In this document: piece by piece, positions 1-10,520 of the stretch | How positions within the stretch are numbered: position 1 is the stretch's first letter | How the letters are laid out: every line of letters starts with the position of its first letter | Source of the DNA: Glaucostegus cemiculus | Taxonomy: Eukaryota | Length of the DNA stretch: 64,000 nucleotides | Reading direction: 5' to 3' | Assembly: GCA_976551045.1 (NCBI GenBank) | Contig: CDPCPM010000104.1 | Span: 1,736,001-1,800,000 of the forward strand | Program-made: the position numbers and the translations under genes | The notes under the pieces: generated by a model | The model's database searches: none | Told to the model about the DNA's origin: nothing | The model's input: the letters and a program-made list of their open reading frames with translations, nothing else

Positions 1-649
1 TGTTGTAATCTGAAAGAAGTACCCCCAGACTCTTTCTATGTGTTAAGGCAGTGAAGGGTCCCTTTTGATTTATTTGTGTTTTGGCATGACAGAGACAGTA
101 CCTGAATGGCAACACAGAAGAACCATTAATTTCCAGGACACTGTACAAGGTCCTATAAACCCTGATGCTGCTGTCTGCCAATACTAATGAGCTTAGCCAA
201 ACAGCAAATCAGTAACCTATTTAATTGATCTGTGAACCCAATAGCGCGACATCTCACGATTGTCCCATTTGTTAACTAGGACTATAAGTGAATGGAGTTG
301 AGAAATTTATTTTGTGAGGTTTTGTTGTCTTAACTACCACAAAATAACAGTGCTGATTCAGTCATCACCTGCAGCTTCTATTCAGGATTTGGAAAAAGTC
401 GGTATTGTCTGCCTAGGTTGGCATTCTCAGCTTCTCCTGTCGGGCATGAGAAGTACTTTGTGGCTTAAAGATGTAGCCAAAGAAGAAGTTACAGCAGTTT
501 GCCTTGAGCATGCCAACGAAACCTTCAAAGCTGCTCTGCTCTTTGTCTCGTACAGCACTGCAGAACCTCACACGGCAGCCCAGCCATATTCTAGAGTGAT
601 CCATTATACTCCAAACAGGCATGACCTTGGCATGAATCTCCTCCTTGGC

Positions 650-720
650 ATAAATATCCTTTTTCATGGTCAAACCTCTCCCTTTCTCTGTAACCTCCTC
701 CAGCCCAAATGCTCTTTGCT
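650..720 (+). mobile_element. Short degenerate L2-type LINE 3' fragment
   Basis: ctccctttctctgtaacctcctccagccc resembles the 3' ORF2 region of the L2 copy at 18290-18900 (ttctgtaatctcctcaagcc). Confidence 0.35.
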
Positions 721-1851
721 ACTGACCTATGTATCACTGAGTGTGGCTTTTTGTTATCCATGTTCATTCACCTTCATCTGGAAGCTGTGTTTTCAGTCTG
801 TTCAAATCTATACTATGAATGGTTGAGGAAAATGCAGTTAGGTTAATGGTTGCACAGTTATGGCAGGGCCATTGGGGCTGCTTGTGTGCTGTATGACTCT
901 ATAGGCCAAACATGTTACGGAGATCCTCCATAAATCTTTGCCCTTCCCGAGCTGCTCTTCGACTACACTACTGGTCATCCACTCTAATATTTTGATCCTT
1001 ATCACAAGATCCTTTTTTGCATGATTGTACCTTAGAGAAACACAGTTGTACATTTTTGTATGCTAAAGATGCAATTATAATTAGATGTTATTGTAATACT
1101 CCTTTGTAACTGGATCTCTGGTGGATGCTAGAAGTCTAACTCAGGTCAGCTACAACTGGCATCAATGAGGATTTATTGCACCCAACACTACGCAGTGCTA
1201 ATTGGTATTGAGAACCATTAAAAATCCATTAATTTACATTAATAATCTTTGGGTATTGAAATGACACCAAAATATTAGTGCTAATAAATAGTGTTCTCAG
1301 AGAATGTAATATGCAAAATAACATTAAAATTGCCAGCTGAGCCTATCAATGCTTTTTTAACATATTTCTCCACTCCTGTATCCCCGTGAACATGGTTTAT
1401 TGTGGTGAGAAAATAAAACCACCTTCATTTCCATATGATCTCTCTGATGAGATGTCCCATGCAATGAAATTACACAATGCTGTCTGCCCATTAATATACA
1501 TTTTATAATGAGCAAAATCCTAAATCAGTCTGACATTTAAAAAGTCTCAACATCAAGAAAAAAGAGCAGAAGAATCCTGTATTTGACAAAAATACTTTTC
1601 ATTTGAAATCAAACGTTTAAGAATATAAACCTTGCAAAACAAAATGTTAAAAGCTGACACTAGATTTTCAAAATGTCAGTTTAAAGAAACAAATGCTTCT
1701 CAAAGTTACATTTTCTGGTTAGAAATATCATTTATGAAGGACTGTGCTCAAAACAACGTTGTCCTGACTTTCTTAAACAAACAAAATCCGTTTGCTCAGC
1801 CAAGCTGTTTAGTTATTTATCCCCGTCCATGTTATTGATAAGCATTTTTCT

Positions 1852-1885
1852 CTGGAAATTATTCTTCCCTGGAAATTATTCTTCC
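1852..1885. repeat. Perfect 17-bp tandem duplication (ctggaaattattcttcc x2)
   Basis: Seen directly: 1852-1868 = 1869-1885. Confidence 0.95.
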
Positions 1886-1999
1886 CGAGCATCCTGTTCC
1901 TGATTGTCAGTCAGCACCTGTTACTTCACTCTGGACATGTACGGTTTTTGATCGGAATGCTTTGCCTTCTTTCCAACTTTTTTTTTCCCAAAAGTTTAT

Positions 2000-2300
2000 C
2001 AGAGGAAACACTTGCACTCACAAGGATGGCCTCCACACAGTGACAGATTAATCCACACTGAGTGCACTTCCTTCAGAGAGAGGACACTAATTATTAAGAA
2101 GGCACTTAGGACACAATGTGAGCTGACATCTGACAGACTACTCTCTGCCAGCTTTGCATTGTCTTACTGTCAGACACTGTCAGTTCCCAGGCTTAATTAC
2201 ATCCTGTTTACAAACATTAGGCCTGGCTTCAGATGAGGCCTATCTGAAGGTTGTCAAAGGTCAGGGTCATGTCGCAAGGATGATGTTATCTGTCTGTAGC
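2000..2300. promoter_or_regulatory. Candidate enhancer / conserved non-coding element
   Basis: No recognisable repeat. Four TGACAG/CTGTCA (2041, 2131, 2167, 2177), TGTTTAC 2205, TCAAAGG 2254, AGGTCAGGGTCA 2258, several TAAT cores. Confidence 0.35.
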
Positions 2301-5300
2301 AACGTCCAAAAAATTGGGTAATGGTATTTGACCAATTTCCTTGAATCTCTTTATTTGACCAATCTCAATCAGCTCAGATAAAGTTAATGGCCCATAATCA
2401 ATAAAAAACAGTGCTATTGCAAACATATATTGATAATCAGCTTACATTATTACATTGAATTTTTATTTTAACAATTGTTCTCAATTTATCTATTTTGGAA
2501 AGATAATTTATAATGTATTTCCAATTCAGGAATTAAGCATAGTGAGGGACTTCTGTCCAGAAACGGGAGTGTAGTCATTTTTGATGTGCTAAAACATGGT
2601 GTGGTTTAGTGCCAATATCCAACGATTGGGAGCTCACCCCCCCACCCCCAAAAACTATTCAAAATCCAGAATTACACATAGAAAGAAGTACTCAATTGAG
2701 ACATATACAATTTCTCACCCAATTTCTTCGATCTCCTGACAATTAGAATAAGTGCACAGCTCTGAGGGAAGAGCATCAATCTTTAAGACACACCACATGT
2801 GACAGCCACATAGCGCCAACACAGTCTTTGGCTGCCATGAAGGAGACTGAGGCTGCAGGGGAGAGGAAGATAGCTCCTACAATAACTCAAAGGGACATGC
2901 AAGTCCTGATCAATTGGATCATACCAAGGAGTCCAGGAAATAGGTTTCTCCTGTAGTGGACCTGGTCTATCAGGTCTCCTCCAGGAATGAGAAGCCTCAC
3001 AATGGCTGATTTAAAAAAATCACAATCTCACAAGATACATCAATATGTTGAACACACTATTCTTTACATGTGCAGTGTGGAAATCCTTAATGTTTTCAAT
3101 TGGAGGTCAGAGTTCTTCAAGTGAGGTGCCACTCATCAGGAAATAGAAAGGCATTATAGCAAACAGTTAAAGTAATTGGAGTGGGATTCATTCAGTCACG
3201 TTATACTCTGGTGAACCTGTACAGCAGAATGTGAGAGGATGTTATACACTCTCTGGCCTCTCCTGGCTGAACATCAGTGTACGATGTTAGTGTTACAGGA
3301 GGACTCGAGGGTCAAGAGATTCAGCTGATAGGCACTTTAGAGTTTTATTTTGCTGGCTAATTATGAAAATCATTTCTCCATTAGGACCCCTTATTTTCCA
3401 TGAGGCTAATGGCTGCCTCCTCAGCTCATCGGGGAGATGGGGCTGTGGATGTTGAGCGGGGAATCCCTCAGTGGTTTGTGTCATTAGAATGGGTGCTGAA
3501 CTGAGTGAGTGAGAAGGTTTCAAGTATCCTCAAGAGAAACAGTCTTTCGACACGCCAGCAAACTTCTTTGTATTAATATTCAAGAATCTAAATATTTTAT
3601 TCTTACAATCAGATATTTACAGAATTTCTAAAATCAGAGGAGGTTACAGCTCTGAAGGAGGCAATCTGTCCTGGCATTTATAGACAAACTCTTTAACCAT
3701 TCAGTCCCAGCCCCTTCCTTTCCACAAGACCACGTATTCGTCTACTTCCACTGTAATAACTCTTCTGGTTGTTGTTCCCACAATTGTTTCTGTTGGGGTA
3801 GCCTGCATCTCGCTTACACAGAATATAAAAGATCTCCTAATCATTCTTTTTGTGGCAAGCTTAAATTTATGCTCTCTAATCAGTGACTATCTCTTTGTCA
3901 TTCTCGTCACTTTTTCTGCTTCCTTGCTATTTTCTACTACTTCGCTGTTTTCTTATTTTCTTCAACATTAGTACAAGATATCACATCATCTCTTTAATTT
4001 GGATTTTTTTTTTATTTCTCAGAGGAACAATGTTTGCATCACTTGTCTGTTTCTGTTGGAACTAGGTCTGGTTCCAGCTCTTGTTTGAACATTTCTCACT
4101 GTTGGCCCACTGTTGTATCTGCCAAGTTTTCCTTCTGACTAATCTGAGGTTGCTCCCTTTGCACTGCATTGAAACTGTTGTATTTCTAATCAAAGACATT
4201 GACATTTTACTACTTCAATGTGTTTAAAATTATTAGTCACACTTAAAGTCACTAAATGATTGCTCTGAATGCATACTTCTTGCAGCAAGTCTTCATTAAA
4301 ATACAGCATCGATGAGAAATAAATATTACCCTATAGTGACACTATGAGGTTATGTTGTAAATCCCAAGTCTATAGCAACAAATGAAGGCTCTCTGGAGAA
4401 GGCAGTCTCATGTTAGGCTCTATTATCAGAGCAAGGCTTGACTTCAAATTGACTCTGCAGTTTTTTTTACCATCAATGAAATAATGTTGCAACCTTAACA
4501 ACTCCGCTGTAATATAAGTGGAGCTATGCTAAAAGTTCTTTTAATTCACTGAACTGATTCTGACCATAAAGATGTCCTTTTTGACCCCAGTTGAAAAGGA
4601 ATCACTTGTTAAGATTAATAATTCCAAAAGTAAAAGAAGTTATTCTTGGAGTCACTATTAGCTTAACTTAAAATTATATAACCAAAATCAGGGTCACACA
4701 ATATGAAACTCACATTGCCTACTTGTGCCAGTGAAATAAATTGCTGGGTTGAGCAATGCTTGATTCAGCACACTTACTTCATCCAGCAACTTTGAAGGAA
4801 AGATATATAGGCACATCCTTCTTACAGACAGATCAATTAACTCTGATGCAACACTCACAATGAGCCCCAATTAAGTGTTCTTATCCAACATCCCAAACAG
4901 AGATTTTAAATAATGACCTCAAGCTGAGCATGTGCAAAGAAATTAAATAAAAGCATTTGTCATTTACAAGAATATATGGCAATAGGAGTCTCATGACAAT
5001 TGTTTGTTATGATGTTTGGTAATTATATGACTTTATGTGGAAGAAAGAGGTTTAATGATTCAGAATAGCTTTACAAAGACAGAAACAGAATAAGATAGGT
5101 TCCACATGCAGTAAAGATTTAAGCCAGTTTCCCCTCTATTTTCATGTTTGTAAGTGATTGCTGATTAATTGTTTAGCACCTCGTTATTAGTTGCCAAAGG
5201 TGAACTGGCCTAAATTGCCTGCTTAACTCTCCTTTAAATTGTTCTAAACTGCTAGGATCTCTGTTGAGGAAAGCTTTGATTAATTTGCATTTGGGTACCC

Positions 5301-5807
5301 AGTATATTGTTGAGTATTTCTACTTACCCAGTACACTCTATCTCCTCCATTTCATCAACTTGCCTTTGAATGTGACAGGTATATGATCTGTACAACACTA
5401 CAGCCAGGGCTTTAGCACAGAAATAAGCTTCATGCTAAGGTGCAGTTGGGGGAGAGTTGGGCAGAACATTAGTGCAGTTGTGTGGTCTGGAAGTCCAGAA
5501 AAATGGGCTCCAGAATGGCTAGCCTGCTTCACAAAGCCACATCCTATGAGATTGAATGGATGTGCTAGAGAGTGAGAAAAATCATAATTAGTTGTGGTGG
5601 TAATTGGGAAGTAGAGATGGAGTGGAGAAAGGGATTATTAATTGGATTTTTTTTTTGGGGGGGGTGAAAAGTCCCTGAAGGAAGCAACCCTGTTCCTCAT
5701 GGTTGTCAATCAGCATTGTAAAGGAAGTTACTTCATCAGTTCAGCTCTTCCTCTCGCCTTTTTAATTGTTGGGTTTCTGAGATGCCAATGCTCAATCAAG
5801 CAATGTA

Positions 5808-5893
5808 AACCTTCTGGAGGAAGTCAGTGGGTCAAGCATCATGTGTGGGGGAGGAATTATTGATGTTTCAGGTCGAAACCTTGCATCAGTCCT
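5808..5893 (-). mobile_element. Penelope-like element terminal repeat fragment with degenerate hammerhead core
   Basis: Minus strand reads gactgatgcaaggtttcgacctgaaacatc...tgcttgacccactgacttcctccag, matching the family at 24812-24925. Confidence 0.7.
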
Positions 5894-5922
5894 CTTAAGT
5901 GTCCTCATGCTAGATGAAATTG

Positions 5923-6146
5923 GGTTTGTACGTTCTTCCCATGAGTCTGCGTGGGTTTCCCCTGGGTGCTCCGGTTTCCTCCCACATTCGAAAGTCGTAC
6001 AAGTTAGGTTAGGAAGTTATGGGCATGCTATGATGCCGGAAGTGTGGTGACACTTGCAGGCAGCCTCCGGAACACTCTACGCAAACTATGCATTTCACTG
6101 TGTGTTTTGATGTACATGTGACAAATGAAGATATCTTATCTGATCT
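5923..6146 (+). mobile_element. 5'-truncated V-domain tRNA-SINE with Rex1-type tail
   Basis: V-domain gggtttcccctgggtgctccggtttcctcccaca, then tttcactgtgtgttttgatgtacatgtgac and an atct-repeat tail; homologous to 23782-24053. Confidence 0.85.
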
Positions 6147-6554
6147 GAATTGGGCAGTGTCATTATAGTATTTAAGTGACCAACCCACCTTCCCTCAAGC
6201 GGATTGGTTGTCCTACCTCCATTAAAACTTGAAATGGGTAGAAAGGTTCCTGATCAGTTCTTTTTGGAAATTAAAATCCAAAACAAACCCAAACCATCTG
6301 CTGATGGCATCATATTGATACTGTAAAATTATCAGGTGAGCTATCATGAGTGGCTCATGGACATGCTCAGACTAATTTCACATCTGATGCAATTTCACTT
6401 TGAAACAATCCCCAGCACAGCCTCCTACAGGCAAAGTCAAAACATGTAGAATTCTTTTTGTCACTGGTTTATGTATAAAACTGTGGAATTAGATTATGAT
6501 TTTGGTCCTGGATTTCCTAAAACATTCAATTCCAAATCACTAGAACCAATTATT

Positions 6555-6880
6555 ATTTTTGCAGAATGTGAGCATCTCTGCAGAGGCCAGACTTAATTGT
6601 CCATCCCCGAGTGTCCTTGGGAATATGGTGGTGAGCTGCCTTCTTGAACTACTCACAGTGAACTTACGCCTGCAGTGCTGTTGAGTTGGGGGTTCCAGTA
6701 TTTGGAATCGGAGGTGCTGAAGGAAAGTTGATTATATTTGCAAGTCAAGGAAAGTCTGTGATAAGGGAAATGAAGAAAGTGGCAAGTGGTATTTCCAGCT
6801 GCCCTTGTTCTTCCAGGGAATAATTGCAAGTTTGGGAAGTGCCATCAAAAATATATTAGGAATGAGCACAACTGGCAAGT
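6555..6880 (-). mobile_element. 3' end of an old LINE (clade unassigned; same family as 15590, 30520, 31850, 57975)
   Basis: Shared run ccatccc...ggtggtgagctgccttcttgaac...gtgctgtt...gttccag...atatttgcaagtc seen in several copies in the window. Confidence 0.7.
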
Positions 6881-9800
6881 GATTCTCTCACATGCGTCTA
6901 AAGCTACAGACCAAAAAAAATCTTCTTTATCTGTTCCCTCATCTTCTGGAGCAATGCACAACTGTGCTGCAATCTGCCAAATTGAATTATGACTAGCTCT
7001 GAGCTAAGAAAAGAGATCAAATTAAAATAAATTAAACTAGTCTTCCATTTTAGAATCTCAGAAATGAAAGCATTTCTTGATTTTGTCTGTAACTCTTTAT
7101 TGTGGTTACCCAGCTCTTAGGGCAAGTCAAGAATGATTAGATTGACAAATTAGCCTAGATAAAGGCCACTTCCAGTTGAAGTGTTGATTAAATCAAATTA
7201 GCAGTACAGACATTTTATAGCTAAGCACAGTTATAACTCACATTTAAAATATGTTAATATTGGATTGTCAAGTCACCTGCTCACTGCTTGACTGATTGCC
7301 ATCTCATTGGCATCTTTTACAGGCAGTGAACAAACCTGGGTTTCAGTTGCTGTGCTAAACCAATGTCAAAACTCTAGATTGGTTCTCTAGGTGACAACAA
7401 ATTGCATTGTTTAAAGATACACAAAATGCAATATAATTGAGATAGATATCATTGAAGTTTGGATAAGTTTAAGAAGCTGGGGTGCAGCTGGTAGCAATGA
7501 CTTGCGTGATTTTGGTCAGTGTTGGATCAATTACATCACATGTCTCTTCTGATTCTCATTTCCAGGTACATACTACAACCTCCTGATTTTGCGTAGAAAT
7601 GTTGTATTATGCAAAAAGCCCTGAATGGCAACATAATTTACTTCTTACATTCTTCAAGTCAGCAGACAAGTACAAATATGACATTCTGTCTTATGAGTTC
7701 TCTCTTGAAAGAAAAAAAATATTGTCCTGGTGTAATAAAGCTGGCCATCAAGGTAACATTGATGTGGTTGGTACAGTGGTTGTCTCACAAGGGTTGCCCA
7801 GAATGAGACTGGGCGATAAGGATTCAGAGCTATGGTGATGTTCACTGTGGCTAATATTTAAATGGTTCTGATGATCATCACAGGGTGGAAGTGTCAACCT
7901 TATCATTAGCCTCCTCGGCTACAGCTTCTCAGTTGCTGCCAAGTAGCTCTGGCTTATCCAGAAGGGATCTGACTGTCTTTGCCTCACTCATAATTGGGTT
8001 TCTTTTAGTGTTAGTTTTTCTTCAAGGCCAGCTGTTGTGCTGGTGCACATTGAGCCCCTATGCTATACTTCTCACTAGAGCTTGTTCTTCCTCTCCTCTC
8101 TTGCTGATTCGGTCTGAATATTGCAATGCAGCCTGCCATATCTGTGATAATACTGCTGTCTCAAGTGCACGTCACATGTTAAGCAATAGTTTATAATAGC
8201 ATTAAAATTCTAATCAGGTCTAGCAAAATGATTCAGTGATTTAACCCCAACTGGTCATGTTTGGAGAAAGTCAATGTGTAGTGAAACCAAGTAAAATGTG
8301 TTGAGTGCAGCATGCTTGAAATAATTTGCTTTTGGTGCACCAGATGTGTGGTATTAATAGAAGCATTAGTAGTAAAGTTACAAACAGATGCAATAAATAC
8401 TGCAATATTCTTTTATCAGTTAGTGACATTAGAACCCAACTATCAGAATGCCTCTGACTGTCAGAGATATTCAACAACAATTTGAAAGCCTTTGACTGCT
8501 GTATTTCTAGGGAAGGAGCCTCAACAGCAAATGTTTCAGGCCTAGTTGTCTCATGGAGCCTACTCCATTCTCACTCCTTTATTGGTAGCATGTTGGTACC
8601 ACATAAAACCGAATGGTAACATCCACAGGAAAGGGTGCTTTAGCCTACAAGTGATAGCAGAATGACAACTAATTAGGATCTCCCAATACTTCCATCCAAA
8701 ACTAATAAAAAGCATGCATCATGAGAAAGGAAAGTCCAGATACTCATTTCAAAGAATAACACAAGACTGTTTGTTCAGGAATAATGATAATCATTGGTGT
8801 TTTTGCAGACAGACTGGTAAAACATTCAGTTCAAACTGCTCTAATCATCCCAGCCAGTAATGTTTTCAAAAATGCACCATCAAGTCTGTTCAAATTTTTG
8901 AGATTTTTTTCAGGTTTAAATGAACTGAGACTTTATAGAACGATTGTCCAGGAACAATATTACGCTACCAGATGTTGGTAAACATGAATCTTGCCTGTGT
9001 TTAAGAAAGAAAGCAAAAGTTTACTGACAAAATCAAATGCAGTTGTTTTTTTTCCCTTCTGCCGCAGGACAAGCCATAGCTGCGGCCAGTATAATAATTT
9101 GAAACAAGATCTTTTACAACAAACCATTCCCAGTTGTTTCAACGGACTTGGCCTGAAAATTCTCTGACACAATGTCAACAGCCGTTTTGAAATGGGCGCA
9201 GTTACAATATGATGGAGTGCGGGCCAGACTTTGTCCTGGTAACCCTACTCTAGATATTTTAGCAGCAGAATCAGCATGATGGACTACAAGATGATTTGAA
9301 ACCGTAAAAGGAAAAAAATAATCTGTATGGGGAAAAGGGCCAGTGAGTCATTGGCTGTTTCATTACAATTTTCTCCCTGTATAAACATAGAAGAAACATA
9401 TTCTAAGATATATGTTATCTTTACATTCCTCCGGGAGGAATGTTCCTCTCTGGACTTGCTATTTTTTTTTTTGAAGACTGCCATTGCCCCCATTTTTTCC
9501 TGTAGTTTTCCTTTCCCTTGTTCAACCCCCCAGAAATTATTCACCAGTAAAATCAGCCTCCTCCTACTAATGATCTTACCCCAACCCTCACCACACCATA
9601 GATGGACTGGAATAAATTAAGACAATGTGCCAGGCTGGGTCACATTGGACTCAGCCTACTAACTGGATTGGCTACCTGCTGTACCCACTTACTGGCCATT
9701 AGCTTTGATAGTGGCAGAGAACTGAATACATTGACTCTCAGCACGAACAGGTGCTGTATCACTGAGGATCCTGCCTAGAATGTTGCTGTCTTCTGAATAG

Positions 9801-10289
9801 TTTTCAATTGACTTTGACAGTGAGAGACATTTTACAGCTATTCAGTTAGATTTATTTTAAATCTTAGCTTAAGAAAGGAAGTACTAATAAATAATTTAGA
9901 AAGTAAAGTCAAATAAATGAAATAGATTACAAACACTACCTATTTTCCACAGGGTTGGTGACTTCATTCATACAAATGACTGCAGTTAATTTAAAGATAA
10001 GAGATATCTCAAATAACTATAACAAGCTTGTGGTGCATTTTTTAAAACACTCATGGCTTAGATGTATGCCAACCCAGCCCTGGGGTAAAGTTGAAGAATC
10101 AAATGTAAAGTGTATCCAACCCCACTCTCCAACATAAGTGTTTTGTTCCACAGTGAGCCCTGAGGTGGAGTAAGAGGATAGAATCACTGGCATCTGATCT
10201 CAATTTCATTTCAGGTTAAGCAGACACGTAACAAGCCCTATCTGTCAGTCAGGATTCAGTCTACTATCTCTTCCCTTCTACCCTAGCAC

Positions 10290-10520
10290 CAATCTTCCCT
10301 TTTCTTCTGCCCTTCCCATTTGTCTGCATCTTATAACTTGTCTTATCTCTAACGGCACAACATGGTGGGCCGAAGGGCCTGCATTGTGCTGTATTGTTCT
10401 ATGGTTCTAACAATTGTTAGACCTGAAACATTAACTGTTTCTCTCTCCACAGATGCTGCCTGACCTGCTCAGTATTTACTGAATCCGATCTTCAGCATCA
10501 GCAGTATCTTCCTTTCGTAG
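10290..10520 (+). mobile_element. Penelope-like terminal repeat interrupted by a minimal CR1 tail
   Basis: gacctgaaacattaactgtttctctctccacagatgctgcctgacctgctcagtattt (same family as 32150-33020 and 61728-61927); CR1 tail at 10354-10411. Confidence 0.75.
10354..10411 (+). mobile_element. CR1-type LINE/SINE 3' tail (about 55 nt)
   Basis: ggtgggccgaagggcctg...gtgctgtattgttctatggttcta, same tail type as the CR1 ends at 44340-44398 and 47640-47708. Confidence 0.8.

Noticed and set aside
1444-1475. CTGATGA...GAAA as a hammerhead ribozyme
   Set aside because: No stem II closing next to GAAA and no stems I/III
2830-3040. Myb/SANT-like start ERKIAPTITQRDMQVLI
   Set aside because: Similarity too short and degenerate to call without a profile search
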